DNA from: Camelus ferus
Taxonomy: Eukaryota
DNA: 64,000 nucleotides
Direction: 5' to 3'
Assembly (NCBI RefSeq): GCF_009834535.1
Contig: NC_045697.1
Span: 101,062,001-101,126,000 of the forward strand
Part shown: piece by piece, positions 1 to 14,842 of the stretch
Position numbering within the stretch: the stretch's first letter is position 1
Layout of the letters: the number at the start of each line of letters is the position of its first letter
Position numbers and translations under genes: made by a program
The notes under the pieces: model-generated
Database searches by the model: none
Told to the model about the DNA's origin: nothing
Seen by the model: the letters and a program-made list of their open reading frames with translations, nothing else

Positions 1-219
1 CTCCCTGGTCTCTTAATTAGCTCAGAACAAAATCAGGTCCAGGCTCAATGATTTCTATTTTCTTTAAAACCTTAGAAAACCACAGACAAGTAGCCACAAT
101 GAGAACCTTGAAACATGAAGACAGACTACAGGGAAGAACCCATCTCAGGTGCATCCTGAGCATCCTTTCTGATTAGATGAGCCGGGGCCACACGTTCACT
201 GTGTTCCTGCTCCTCAGAG

Positions 220-335
220 ACAGGTTGCTGGATCATTTGGGAGCTGGTCAGAAATGCAGAACCTTAGGTCCTGCCTCAGACTGCTAAGTTAGCATCTGCC
301 CTGCACAGGGTCCTCGGGTGATCCTGAGAAGCCCG
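220..335. mobile_element. MER5-family (hAT-Charlie) DNA transposon fragment
   Basis: GATCATTTGGGAGCTGGTCAGAAATGCAGAACCTTAGGTCCTGCCTCAGACTGCTAAGTTAGCATCTG...GGTGATCCTGAGAAGC resembles recalled MER5A/B consensus. Confidence 0.6.
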
Positions 336-1449
336 GATGCAAAGGAGGCTTCCTTCCAAAATGGAGGAGAGTTCGCTAAATGACCAGATTTTTCCTTCCT
401 ATCCTTTATTATTCAAACTCTGTTTTATAGGCATCAGAAAGACTGGAAACTAATAGTACATTTAGTTAATATATATAAACATATATTTATGATGTTACAT
501 CACAATCAGGTTCTTATACATAAGAAAAAAGGATTGGTAATAAACATTCTAAAATTCAACAGCATAATTGCATGATCTTGTCATTGTTACAGGTACTAAA
601 TTCACCGTTTTTTTGTTTTTTTTTTTTTTTTGGTGTTTTGTTTTGTTTTTTAATTCACACTGCATTTAGGCAGTGGGTGAGCTGCCTTTAAGTACAGAAT
701 GGATAAATTCTCTAGGGAGCAACCACACCTATGGCAAACACACTTCCCTGAAAGCCCACTAGAATTTCGGCCTCATAAGATCTCCCAAGGATGACGCCAA
801 TAACTCAAACAGGCTGGCTAATTGTCTGTGTGCTGCTTCCTGGGAAAAATGCAGGAAAAAAAAGTCTAAGGGTCCAAGAATTCCCAAAGCAGCTGGAGGA
901 GTTATAAAAAGAAAGGCATCTGACCATTTCCATGGGAGCCTCTTCACTTCCCCATTTTCTTTATTAATAGTAACTCAGATTAAACCTTTCAATAACAAAA
1001 CCAAAAATTCTAGTGAACTGGTTCCTAATGTTTGTTTGCTTGGGGGACAGGAAGCTTCTCTTCCCTACCTTCAGCTCTGATCCTATTGTTATTATTTTTT
1101 TTAATCCAAACTACCTCGTGTTAACGCCTCACCTCATCTATCTTACTCTTTAGAATTTAGCTATCAATAGAAGCATTGACTTTCTTTGTCATAACACCAG
1201 GTTTCCCACGTAGACCTTAAGCGTGGCTTTGCTTTCATATGCCAGAAGGGAAGAAATATGCAAATCTAATGGATATTTATTATATATTCACCTTGTTATG
1301 CCAGTCATGTTAACTTCTCAACCACTAAGTGCAGTCTGAAATTTAAAAATAGTGCCTACAAACACCGTTGGGGGACAGGCAGAATCAATCACCAAATTGC
1401 AGAACATGGAGAATGGAGAGTCAACAGACTTTCAAAAAGTTGTTAATCT

Positions 1450-2460
1450 ATTTTTAGCAGAAAGAAAACTTTATATTCATATGTGTACCATTTAATATGT
1501 ACCAATTAAAACCAGTGTAACCACCCCCTGTGGAAGAAATGCAACTTACTAACAACCTAGAAAACCTTCTTTTTGAGCCTTTTCCCCAATACAACCCCAA
1601 TCTTCTGCACCAGAGATAACCATTGTCCTTTTGTAGTGATTTCCTTTTTTTTTTCCTTAAAGAATTACTGATAAAGAATGCTTGCCTAAACATTAAAAAA
1701 AAAAGTGTAAACTTTCTTTTTATCTACCTTTTCACTTAATATAAAGTACATAAATACATATATATCCCTTGGTCCTGTTTTGTTTACTCAATACTTTTTT
1801 GCAATTTATCCAAGTCCTAGCATATAGCTAAGGTTCATTTATTTTCATTGCCAGAGAGTAATTTATTGTATGACTGTACCACAATGTATTTACCCCTATT
1901 ACTCTTGATGAATATTTGGATGACTTCCAGGTATTGGCTGGAATGACCCACTGCTGTGAAATTCTTCATGGGTATTCCAGAGGACACGTACAAATCACTT
2001 TCTAGGGTAATTACCCAGGAGAACTGCTCTGTCCTCAGAGATCACATCGTTGACTGAACTAGAATGCTAAGTTGTTTTTCAAAATGGTTATATCACTTAT
2101 CTCCAACTATACGAAAATCTCGCATCTTTATTGATACTTGAAATGATTAGATCTTTAAATTTTTTGCCAACAGTTGATATGCAATTACATCTCATTGTAG
2201 TTTTAATTAACATTTCTCTATTTAATGAAGCTCATTCCCAAATGTTTATTTCTTTTTGGTGAAGTGCTGGTTCAAATCTTTTTTCCCCTACAATTACTTG
2301 TCTTATTTTTATTGATTTGCAGGTGTCCTTTATATATTTGATATATACAATGAATCTTAATCCTTGGTAATTTATAAGTGTTGCAAATGTCTCCTTCCCT
2401 CTATAATTTGTCCTTTCACTCTTTTTACGGTGTCTGTTCCACCTGATTCTTAAAATGCCC
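1450..2460 (-). mobile_element. Old L1M (L1MC/ME-like) 3' fragment
   Basis: Degenerate antisense L1 3' motifs: TTCATTTATTTTCATTGC...TATTGTATGACTGTACCACAATGTATTTA...GATGAATATTTGGATGACTTCCAG and TCTCATTGTAGTTTTAATT. Confidence 0.75.
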
Positions 2461-3046
2461 ATATCTGAAAGCATTATGACAAGGTGAGGAAAAAGGAACA
2501 CAGAACCATACACCTTTAAAAGATGACATCTCAAGAACATACCCGATATCATTATCTCCAGTTTTGCACTCTAGAAGTGATCTTTCGGCACTTACATACC
2601 TGCTTTCATCTATATCAGCCTAAACTTGTCTAGGTGTCACTTTGCAAATGCTTTCGAGACTCTCTCTCTGTGTCTGAAACCCTCCATTCCACAGAACTCC
2701 AACACTGAGATACTGACCTGTATCCAACAGACGCTCTAATTTAAAAAGTTCAGTTGCTTAAGTGCCACATGCCAGACTAGTCATGCAATTGTCCTAGTAG
2801 TTTCTAATTAAAGGTAACGGTGAAAGAAAATGACTAGGCTGCATATAGAAATCTGTCCCTTTGCTTTGACATCGGCCCTACTAATGAGTGAGTTGTTTTC
2901 TGTTTTCCCTGCCTTCCAAATTCAAAAAAGTAAGGCTCTCAAAGCTCCAATGCCTCATAAGGACTAAATATTTGCTATTAATCTATTCTGATGACCATAG
3001 CCATAAAAAACACATTTCAAGATCCTAATTTCCATATGTTGGAATT

Positions 3047-3519
3047 TGTGCCAAATATACCGGATCCTATTCACTCCTCCCGATCCTGCACTCCACTCTT
3101 CCCCACCTTGGCCTTCTGCCCCTGGAGGGCTGAGCTGTGTGGATGACATCCAGGGGCTCCTCTGTCCTCTGACTTTTAGCTGGGTTCCTACAGTGGGGAC
3201 CCCGGCAGCAGGCTAGAAGGCCACGGAGGACAGGAAGGTCAGGATATACATGCCCTTGGCTCCCCTCCTGCGAGGTAGCGCCTGGTGGCCCTATCCCTTG
3301 ACCACACTGGCCTTCCCAAGTCTCTCTGTTTTCTGGAAACTGTTCCGCCTTCTTTCCTTCAGGTCTAGGAATGATAACAGCACCACCATTATGAAACCAG
3401 GTTACTGCACCACTCTTCGTGATTCTACTTTGTAAATAGTCCCTTTGTAAATAAACCCTCCTGGAATTATCCTAATTTGCGAGTGCCATCTGTTTCCTGC
3501 TGGGACTGCGGCTGATCCA
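3047..3519 (+). mobile_element. ERVL-class solo LTR (LTR33-like)
   Basis: TG...CA termini. Flanks GAATT (3042-3046) and GACTT (3520-3524) form a 4/5 5-bp TSD. AATAAA signal present, and the 3' end GAGTGCCATCTGTTTCCTGCTGGGAC..GCTGATCCA matches the recalled LTR33 end. Confidence 0.75.
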
Positions 3520-5289
3520 GACTTAATAGCCATGCTTGTGTGCAAAAAGAGAAGCAAAACAGAGCATTAAGGTAGATTACCGTAAGCGCTGCTCGCCTGG
3601 GCCCCTGTGCAAAGCACACAGCCGCACAAGTACTCTTGTCTGTGGAGCTAACAGAAGAACCCCAGGGAGCACAAAAATGATGTGGGACCCTGGGAATGTA
3701 GTAAATAATGAAACAAAATGATTCTTCCCCTTGGAAGGATGGGCTCTTTTTACCAGGCCTAGGTTGGAGACCCCAGTCATGATCTGCCAGCTGGTGAAAA
3801 GCACTTCCCTCTCACAACGACTCTCTGCAGCCTCTTGCTTAACTCATCCATTCTCACTACCACATTCTGAAACTGAAAGGGGCCAGTATTAGTGCAGGAA
3901 AGTGAATTATGTTTCAAGTGACCCCCATACATCCTGCTTTGAACTTCATTCAGAGTTTTGTCTTTTCCTGTTATTTTTTTCTTTCCCTAGAGAAAAGAGA
4001 CAGTTCATCTGATACTTGTTCACCTATTCTTTACTGTAAGATTTCTTATTTTCTCACGCTTTGAAATAATATTAAATAACAAAAATTTCTCATTTTAACG
4101 TGGTTTATGCAAAACTAAAAAGCAATTATTAAACTGGAAAAAAGGAACAAATTATAATTAGCTACATGAATAAATACCTCAGGGTGCAGCGAAGAAATAC
4201 TTTTATTTTTCAGCTACAAGACTGTCTTCTTAAGGAAAAGTCTTATTATTCGTATACCACAGAAATGAAAGTCTCTCAAACTAGGGTATATTTAACACCA
4301 TAAAAAGTGCATCAAGCGGAGGAGAGATTTTCTGAACTGAAATTACTAACTGGAAATACATAAGGTAAACCTGGTACAGGGAGGAGCAGAGGGGGCCTCT
4401 CTCCACCTGTTCACCTATTGGAAAGGCAGCCTCAGTTCCTTGGGAAAAAGACAGGAAGGCTTAGTTTGAGGATCTCTTGTTTCCCAGCTTTCTAGATGCT
4501 GTGGCAGGTAGCAGGGGCAACAGCGGATATGAGAGCCAGCCACCCTCCGTGAAAGGATCTTCCCCTTCCTTGAAAACATGACCCCGTGCGTGTGCGGTAG
4601 GGCCTCCGGCCTCCCCTCTGTCAGCATCCAACAAGACTAAACCGAAGTGAGCTGAAGACCCCTATACAGGCAAGAACTCACAGAGGAGCTTTCTCTATAA
4701 AGTCTTTAAATACCATCTGGAGGAAAAAAGATCTGCAGCCCTTTTGTTTTTTCACCTCCAGTCCTAAAAAAAAAAAAAAAAAAACCTAGACAGCTAAACT
4801 TCTCAGTTACAAGGTCATACTCCAGGAACTTAAAAGTGCAGTTCACAATGCATTTGCCATGATTTTACTAGAGATTCTGATGATAAAAATTCAACTACAT
4901 TTTTTTTATTAAACAGAAAAACACTACACAGGCTCCACTGTGCTTCCTAGTGAATATATAAATATATTTATTTGATTGGAAAAGCCACTTGTGTCTCTCC
5001 CTTGACCCCGCTCATTACTTTATGGAAAGCAACGGTGAGTCCCTTCACGTCAATACTATTGGTGTCTAAGTCAACACTACACTTACTATGTTTCTAAACA
5101 GATGTCCACGAAAACACATACATATTTTATTTTAAGGAGTAGATTAGGATTAAGAACATCCTCAAATGTAGAAATTACAAGACTTAGGTTATACTTGGAA
5201 GATCTACCAAAGTCCAGGTAGACAACAATCTTACATAGTTGCGTTTTATTTCTTTTGGATCCTATGTAGATGGAAAAATATTGCACTTA

Positions 5290-5790
5290 AGGCATGGACA
5301 TTTAAGTCAATAACATCTGGCTGTGAATCCCAGTAGATGTGTGACCTTGGTTAATTTACTGAATGTGGCAGACAGACCTCAGGGTGCCTCTCATGATCTC
5401 TGCCCTCTGGTGTTCCTGTTTACAATCCCGTTGCCTTGAGTGCAGGCAAGACCTATGACTTGCTTCTAACCTAGAATGTGGCAAAGGTGACAGAATGTCA
5501 CTCTTAGGATTGTTATATTACATGGCAGAGGTGACATAATGTCAACCGGTGATTATATCACATTACATAAGACTCTTTTTTAGCAGACGATAAGGTAATA
5601 AATGTCTGCTGTTTGAAGGTGCTAAACTTGTGATAATCTGTCATACACTTTTCTAATCGTCAGCTTCCTCACATGTAAAATACAAATGATAGAACCTCCC
5701 AGAGTAGCTGTGAGCATAAAATACAATTCTGTTTGCAACACACACTCCCAGGACCTGGCTTACAGAAAGCTCTCAAAAATCAGTAGTAAC
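5290..5790 (+). mobile_element. MIR SINE interrupted by an MLT1 LTR
   Basis: MIR 5' part (TGAATCCCAG..TGTGTGACCTTGG..TTACTGAA) stops at 5363 and resumes near 5650 (CAGCTTCCTCACATGTAAAAT...CTGGCTTACAGAAAGCTCTCAAAAAT). Confidence 0.65.
5364..5647 (+). mobile_element. MaLR LTR (MLT1-like), internally deleted
   Basis: Starts TGTGGCAGACAGAC, contains TGACTTGCTTCTAACC.AGAATGTGGCAAAGGTGA, and ends ATAAATGTCTGCTGTTTGAAGGTGCTAAACTTGTGATAATCTGTCATACA, as typical of MLT1. Confidence 0.75.
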
Positions 5791-8700
5791 ATCACTACTC
5801 CTAGCATCCTAGAAAGTAAATCTCAGAAGAGTGAATACAAGAAAAGGCCTTGGGAAGAGGTGAGAGCTACTGATGTTAATAGTGAAGATGCAATCAAATA
5901 ATACCGATTAAACAAGAGCAAATTTAATTTTATTACATCTGATTTCTAGAACAGTCCTAAACAAAATTGAGAAAGGGAAGACACTTGTCCTGAGCATCCT
6001 CCCTTCGTCCTTTCAAGCCCTCCCCACCTTCTTCCCACACTCTCTCAGCTCTTTGGTACTGGGTTCCCCTTAGTAGCTGTGTGTGCTGAGGATCACGGAA
6101 TCCACTTTTTAGGTCGGGATGCTCATAACAGCTTAAGCCTCACCAAAAACACAATTGCCTCTTCTGCCGGAATATAAGAATCACTGCATATTCGCAAAAG
6201 GAGTTAAATTAAAATTACAGGGAAATGTTTATAAGAACATAAACATTTTAATAATGTAGAACAATTTCAAAAGACTCTATACATTTTGTGCAGAGAAATT
6301 TTGCCGAAAAAGCACCTGTGTTTCTTAATAGCAGTCTGAACTATCTCGCTACTGCCTTGATCTTTGACACTGAGCTTTATTTATTACTCTCATTTTGATT
6401 TCAGATCATTTTAATTACTAATAAAAAGCAAGTACCAACACTGAATGGATTATTACTTATGTGGATGCTTTTAAAGCTGGAACAGTTAGTGGCCTCATTC
6501 CAAAAGTTCTATAAACCATTTTTATAAGTGAACAGTGTCATAAAAATTTTGGATAAAAACTCTGTAATTAGCGGAGAAATGTGAAGCAAAGAGGGACTAT
6601 CACTTTAAGTGTGTCAAGTACAAATCAACATCATTAACTTAAGTGTAAACTTTCATGTATCCCTCAATTTCATCAGAAGAAAAACCATCAGTAAGAAAAT
6701 GATGGATTTCACTTCTAGCCTATCAACTCAAACATCTGAATTTGAAGAAATGTGAATATTAGCAGCATAAAAGCCAATGTGAAACAATTTTGTGATCTCA
6801 GCTGATTCCAACAGAATAAATAGGACGTTTTCCAATATAACCCAACGGGTGCCACCAAAATTGATATCCTAAGTAGTAAATTAACCAGAGATCTCAAGAA
6901 ATGAGTAGAATACACAGCCCATTCTAAGGGCTGTATTTCATATTATGTAGTGACAAAGATATCGATATTCTAGAGGTGAAGGGGGAGACAGTTATAGGAC
7001 ATTTATTTAATGGATTATGAGAATATCCTTTGCTTTTGAGTTCACATAAATCCCAAAACCTGTGAAGGCTTAAAAGATACCTGAAAGTTAATAATAAATC
7101 AAACTAATAAAAATTGGCCTTTGACTAAACTAGGAAATTGGAATTTTGCCTGTTTTTTTTTTTTTTTTTTTGAAATGTGAATTCCATAATCAGAGTCCCT
7201 AGCTGATTGGACAGGATAATGACTAATAGCTCCAAACCATCCCAAATGCCTTTTATGTCTACTTTTATTTACCTTGTATTCTGATCTGTTTACCTGCTCA
7301 TCAGCTGGAATGCTGATGAAGTTCAGCAGTGACTGGTGCTAGCGCAACACATGTTAACTGCAAATTTGGTCAAGCCATTTAATCTCTTTGAACTTGTCTC
7401 TAGTAAAAGAGAGGAGTCATTTCCTTTACTCTTCCCTTTGTTTAGGGCTCAGAAGCAATAATGCGTGTGAAAACAATAAAGTACTATATAAATTTACCGT
7501 AAAATTACTACAAATATTATTATTACATTTCTGGCCCTAGATAGCTCATTATGTATCACTTTTGCTAAATAGAAGTTGCAACTTAGTAACACTTATGAAC
7601 GATGAGAATTTCTGTATTTCCAAGATGTCACCATTTAGCCATTTTTAATTTTGACTGTACTTTGGTTATCTTTCTCATAATTTCTATAACTTAGTTCTAA
7701 TCCATTCACATCCTCTAAAATGGTCACCCTCTCTTGTGAAGAATAGCATTCACTTAAAAAGAAATAACCACAGAAAGTCAAATAAAACCTTTGCAGATGG
7801 AAAAGAGAACATTAGTCTCCTTAATGGTACGATACTTTAGCCAGATGCAGGCTGCAAAACAAGGAAGCTAAGAGAGAGGAGAAAAATATGTATGTTCACA
7901 AAACTTTATATAATGCATATTTTTATATAGTTTTATAGCCTCTTTCCTCAAGGTATAAGGCTTAGCAACTTAAAGGATGGCATCATAATGGGAAATGTAG
8001 ATGTGGCAAGTTTTCCTATTTCCAGCATCCCGAGCAACTCAGCACAATCACAGAGTTCACAATCATACAGCCTCGACAAGGTATAAATTTACATAAATGG
8101 AAAAAAATAACAGGCAGAGCAAGAAAATCAACTCCCTTTTCAGCAACACACTCATCAGTCATCCAAGAAACAAGGACATAACTTTATTTGACAATATGAT
8201 AAATGCTCACATCACTTAAGATGTTGATAGTTTTTCTTTAAAATATAAAGATAAAAAAATCCTAAATTTCCACTTTTTTTGCCATTTTGTGTCATTCATT
8301 TAGTACACAATATTTTCTCGAGTTGGAGTACTTTAAAACAAAACATTGTTCTCTCAGTGTCTATCATCTCATCTGATTTGTATATAAGTGCTTTATAAGC
8401 TCTCCTTAAATTATTCTAAGCTAACTGCTTGGTTCTGCTCAGTTCTATGCAGTCTTAAATTCACAACTTAATAACATTTAAGTGCACCTAACTCACTTAT
8501 ATTCAAGGGAATATGCACAATAAAAAAAATCTTTATGGCAACATCTACACTTGCAAAGCCATAATATTATTCTTTAATAGAAGAAGAGGCGTTATACAGC
8601 CGCAGGTGTACTTACAACTAACTAGGTTCTGTGACAAGACAGACTACAGGCGACAGCTATCTGCAAAAAAGAGGCCATTTTTTGATGAGAATTATCAATA

Positions 8701-11700
8701 TTAACTGTCAGATAATTATTTCCTGATTTAAAAAAAAAGAGCAGGGAGGAAATACTGATGAAAACCAAAGCATCTGAAAAATAGTGACAAGAAAAAGATT
8801 TAGGGAAAAACATACACTATTCATTCCCAGTGTGTGACAGAAGCCTCTGAAATGCCAGGTGTGGATGAAGGGCTGTGGTTATGTCACTCAACGTGCGTGG
8901 CGTTTTGGACTGGGAATAGCACACAGGCTTACAAGCACACCCTCAGTAGGACGTCAAAATGTGAATTGCAGCCACATTAATTAGAAAATGTAGACTTTGA
9001 GCAGAGGTAGGTAATTCATTTAACTCAAGTCCACCTTAAATTGTCCAGTTCCCATAAATTCTGGTGGTCTTCAGAAGAGAACAGTCACAGTAATTCACAC
9101 GTGATTTAATTTAGCAATGATCAAAAGAACCAGAACAATCAAAAGGAAATGGAAAGTGGATACTGTCATTGATTTAAGGCTTACAGTTGTCCATTGTTCC
9201 TACAGTTTCTAATGCTTTACTGTCTTAGTGTATACCCAGCCTAGGAAGCGAACTTCTGGATCAATGGCTTCTAGATGTTTCTTTTTCTAGCGCGTGATTG
9301 TGGTAGTTTGGGCAAAGTGGTTTTCATCTCAGCCTTCCACCTCAGTTTGCTAACGTAAACATGTGCTTCATCGGACAACACTGTTACCTTAACGTGGTGC
9401 TGAGTTGGCACGTAATTTAAAGAGACATGGTCTCTGCAGCTTAGGGATTTATGAACTAAAACATAAATAACACACTTGTTCCTTTCCAAGAGGAGAAGGA
9501 CGCAGATCTGCCCTGTGCGCTTCCTAATTAAATCCAACCATTAGAACAAAGACAAACTGGTCATTAGCTTTATTCCATTTCACACTTCTTTTTGATTCTT
9601 GCCCTCTATTACTCCATAATTTAAGGAGATTTTGGGAACAAGAAGGCTTCTAGAAGGAATCAAAAAGGCAAATATTCTGAAACATTAAATAGCATGAAAC
9701 AATAGAAGCCAAAATGAGACTCGAAAAAAGTGGCATATTGATGATATGGAAAAGTCTCTTAGACAAGCCAAACTAGCACCCAAATAAACAAAGGATACGG
9801 CAAGAGATATGATCTGGATGACCAATGATATTCACAAAGTGCTAATTAAGGCCAAAACCAGAAAAGGACTGAAGAAATATTAAAAGAAAGAAAGTATAAA
9901 ACAGAGGGCTTGGGGGCTCTTTTGCGAAATAAATTTCCCTCAAGGGAACTATGGCTCTAGCAAGGCAGCCAAAAATATCAGATTGAGACAAATAGTAAGT
10001 AATTCCAGCCTACACTATCTAAATACTTGAAATATTTGGTTTAAATTGGACTCCTTTCACACTTCTTAACACCCAGGTGCAATGTTGAGTAGTAGCAGCA
10101 TAAAAGTGCTGAATAAACGGCATTTTAAGGGGCAGAGTAAGTTCCACAAATGGAGGACCCCCCTCCCCCGTGAAATGACACAAAAGGTAGTGGCTGGTAG
10201 TGCTGGCCACCCTGTCATTAAGCAGGTCCGGTTTCGTGCCTGATCCGGAAGTAACAGGTAAAGATATAGGCTTAATTAAATTCTATAGGTGCTCTAACTT
10301 CCCGTCTCCCCTTGCGTGGATGTGCCTCCCCGGCCTCTCTTGCAAGGACGCTGAAGCAGCCTCTCTGGAAACCAATGGATGGTCTTGAAACACCTCGCTA
10401 AGCAACAGCATCTTTAAAACGCGAAGAAAAAAATCGAGTTAGGATGTTTGATTCCATCCCACTCCACTGTAAATTCGTACGGTAAATAGTTTTCAAATTG
10501 AGAGAACAGGTGCTTAACGTTTACGTTCATTGACTGATGTCACTTTAATTTCAACTTTAAAAGGTAATTCAACAAATATCTATTGAATATCTACTACTTG
10601 CCAGCCACTGGGACCAGGATTCTTCACCTAACTGCTTAATAGGGATCACATAAGGAGAGTCCTTAAGAGCCAGGGTTGCCATGTATTAGTGTTCAGATGA
10701 AAGTGCCAAATATATCCCAATTATCTGATTATTATTTGGCCAGTGGTCTGAGGGAAAAGTACGGCCTTCAGCATTACGAAGCATCAAAAGTATCGCATTG
10801 TGGCTGACACACAAAATGAAGGTCAGAGCCAACCAAATCAGTATCAGTTTGAGCGCCGGCCTCAGGGGTCAAAAATTTCACAATGAAATTAATTTATTCA
10901 CTCTTAGCTGAATTAGCAATGGTGCTATGACTTCCGTTTAATTTCCAAATTGGAAAAATCAAAATGAAAAATATTAAAATTCAATAAAAAACGTTATTAA
11001 AAATAATCCATTCATTAAAGTACCTGAGCAAATCATTTCTGTGTGACCTTTCTTCCTGGGACCTCTCTACCATCAGAATAGAAAAAGACTGAAAATGAAA
11101 TATGAAAGCATTTATGAGACGGGAAGAGAGTATACTAGGCGAATATTTTTTTCTGTATAAGAGCAGAGGTGGTTCAGAAAAGGATAGTCTCCCACAAAGA
11201 CTAGCAAGGGTCCCCGTATTCCCACCTGGAGGTTAGATATTACCATCCTAAATCACAACAATTTCCTGATGCCCTGAGGGAAAGAGAGGAGGAATTGAAT
11301 CGGGGAACTATAATTGTCACAAACATGACAGAATGTCTAAACACAATAATCCACAAATTCTGCTGTATAATTATAAAACAAAATCATAGTTTTATTATGC
11401 TGCTGCAGACATAGCCACATAGTTTGGCAAAGTGTACATCAATAACAAAGACAGTCTATAAGCTCCATCTTGCAGATAATATTCTTCTATCTTGAAGCTT
11501 TTGCTTGTGATATAGGGGAGGGGTGGGGCCAGGCCATTAGACCTGAGGAGCAGGCGTTGTAAAGGCCCCGCCCCAACCTGCTACTGCACAGAGGTCACTG
11601 AGGAGGAGGCTTGGTTTCTATCAGCCCTTAAATCAATTGCTCCATCATTTATTCTTTTGACAAAGAGTACGAAATGCGTTGACATTTGCCATTTTCATGA

Positions 11701-13778
11701 AGTTAAGGCATCCACCATCCCGTCACTTCAGTGTTTGGTCTTATCATAAAGACTCTTTTATTTCTAGAATATTTTACCTTAGAGGAAGAATCATTCACCA
11801 GTCATTTGAGGACCCAAATCCGCTTAATTCTGGACCCCCAGGACCGGCCACCTGCCCTGCCTTCCAATTCTATTTCGACACAGATGATTAAGGAGACACT
11901 GGAAATCATCTGCAAGTGGGAAGCCTTTTCTCTATTTGCTTTCTTTTTCATCTTTACAATTGACAAGTGCAAATCTGGGATATAAGGAAATAAAAGAATC
12001 TCATTCTCAATATGAGTTTGGCGGCCCGCTAATCTCAAGTAACATAGCTCCAGGGTGGCAAACTAGAACTAGGCACTGATGGTCTAAAATAGCCCTAGTG
12101 AGCAGTTAGAAGTGAGAGTCCTTCCTTCTACAGCCACAGAAGGTTAGCAGAGCAAAGCCCCATCTGTCTGAAGAATTCCCCAGTCAGCTTCAGTGAGTGC
12201 CTGCTCCCAGGAGCTCTTCTGCTGCAGGGGAGTGATTCCATGCACTTCACAGCCTGCTCAACACCAGGAGCCGCAGGCTTCTGCTCTTGGGAAGCCGGTG
12301 TTTATAGCTCAGCCTTGCCAGCACCAGCGCGGAACACAGAGCAGATGTTATTTTCCTCGTGTTTTCACACTCCTTTGGGAAAAAGAATGTTTTGGTCCTC
12401 TTCCAAATTTCCACCAGATTTGGCCCTTTATTAAACTATTGCTACATTAATGGTCTGGTAGCCAAGGTCGTCAGGGTGACAACCCTTTATTTATAATCTG
12501 AGTTAACATAAACTAACTTGGGTCAATTATCAGCAATATGTCTTAATTTAGATAAAAACTTTGACATCACAGGAGATAGCCCATTCTCAACATACTTCTT
12601 ATTTCCCCTCAGAGAATGAGGACAACTCATAGCTAAGTGAGAAAAGAAACATTTGTGAATCACTATCCAAATGAGGAGAAAAAAGAAAAAATGACATAAA
12701 AGGGATGCTATTTTTCAGACTGCCTGTTGAACTCTCTTAGTAAGTTAGGTTCTTAGAAAGAAAGATCTACTTTTTTATAGTAACTAAGGACTAAATGGTC
12801 CTCTAAGAGAATGAAAGTCAAACTGCTCTCTTAGCAAATAGATTAAAACCAGAGAGAGATTTAGACACGAGGAGAAACTCATGGATCAACTTTTCCATTT
12901 TCTTGCAAAGGCATATGAATATTGTATTTCATTGAACCTATAAACTATAGGCTTTTTTCAATATCAATAATTTTATGAAAATAAAATATTCTCTGAAGAT
13001 TTATTATATAGCAAAAGAATACCCTTTGAAGTGGAAAACTTTGTAAGGAAAAAAAAGGAAATATTGTAATCACTCTATCTGAATGTCATATCAAATATGT
13101 CCTCTATAAAATTCACATCTTTAGATCCCTTTCCTCTGAGGTTCTAAGTTTTAATAATTCTAAATTCTTCCCTCTGTTCCTCCAGCTCTAGAGGTGGTAG
13201 CTACCTCTTAGAGCTCCCATCTGTTATAATTTTACCTCATTCAAAACAATATGCTTACTTAATTACTTCTAGTCAACATCTATGTTCAAAAAAGCAGTGT
13301 GCTTTCTGTCTCCTGACTAGGCTCCGCTTGATTCAGTAACCCTATGGGGGCAGTTAAGGCAAAACTTACTGTCCCCACTTCATGAATGTCCAGGAAGAAA
13401 CATTTTAAGCCCAGGAAAGGAAAACCTGGGATTTGAGCTCTGTTTTCAAACTCCAACCTTGGCACTATTTTCACAGACACTGTTTCTACGTGTAAACGGA
13501 ATTAAGTGCTTCTAGATACTGCACATGTGCAATAAAAAATCTTCTGCACCAAGTAACTAAGGTGGCCCAGGTGAACGTGTCAGATCTTTTGCACAAAGCC
13601 CCAAGCTAATTTTTACACAAAAGTTCTTTAACTTCGATTCATTCTAATAGGTTTGAGAGTTTGGGTTAAGACGTATTCTTTTTCCTGTAGTGTAATAAAC
13701 AGTCACCATCCATTACATCTGAGTCCATTGAAGAAGTCAAAACCATGATTGTGAGCTCATTCTTTCCTATACAGTTTT

Positions 13779-14842
13779 TCTCTCTCTCTTTTTTTTAATT
13801 GAACTATAGTCTATTTACAACGTCGTGTTAGTCTCTGGTGTACAGCATGGTGATATATGTGTACATATATATTCTTTTTCATATTTTTTTCATTATAGGT
13901 TATGACAAGATATTGAATAGAGTTCCCTGTGCTATACAGTAGGGCCTTCCTGTTTATCTATTTTATATATAATAGTTAATATCTGCAAATTCCAAACTCC
14001 CAATTTATTTCTCCCCATACTTTCCCCCTTGGTAACCATAAGTTTGTTTTCTACCTCCATGAGTCTGTTTCTGTTTTGTAAATAAATTCACTTGTGTCAT
14101 TTTTTTTAGATTCCACATATAAGTGATATCATCTGATATTTGTCTTTCTCTTTCTGGCTTACATCACTCAGTATGATTACCTCCAGGTCCATCCATGTTG
14201 CAGCAGAAATGGGACCTAATTAAACTTACAAGCTTCTGTACAGCAAAGGAAACCATAAATGAAACTAAAAGACAACGTTCAGAATGGGAGGAAATTTTTG
14301 CAAATGACATGACTGACAAGGGCTTAATTTCCAGAATATACAAACTATCAGTAACGAAAACAACAACAACAACAAATAATAACGAAAAGTGGGCAGAAGG
14401 CCTAAACAGACAGTCCTCCAATGAAGAGCTACAGATGGCTAATAGGCACATGAAAAGATGTTCAACATTGCTAATTATCAGAGAAATGCAAATCAAAACT
14501 ATGAGGTACCACCTCACAGCAGTCAGAATAGCCATCATTAAAAAGTCCACAAACAATAAATGTTGGACAGGGTGCGGAGAAAAAGAAATCCTCCTACACT
14601 GTTGGTGGGAATGTAGTTTGGTGCAGCCACTATGGAAAACAGTATGGAGATTCCTTAAAAAATTAAAAATAGACCTACTATATGATCCAGCAATCTCACT
14701 CCTGGGCATATATCCAGAGGGAACTCTAATTCAGCAAGATACTAGCACCCCAATATTCACAGCAGCACTATTTACAGTAGCCAAGCCATGGAAGCAACCT
14801 AAATGTCCATTGATAGATGACTGGATAAAGAAGTGTGGTGTA
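13779..14842 (-). mobile_element. 5'-truncated, 5'-inverted LINE-1 (twin-primed) with 16-bp TSD
   Basis: T-rich tail and L1 3'UTR on minus (about 13779-14205), then ORF2 C-terminus on plus (about 14206-14842; [16 protein letters not shown]...[18 protein letters not shown]). TSD TTTCCTATACAGTTTT at 13763-13778 and 14843-14858, followed by AA (TTTT/AA endonuclease site). Confidence 0.93.
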
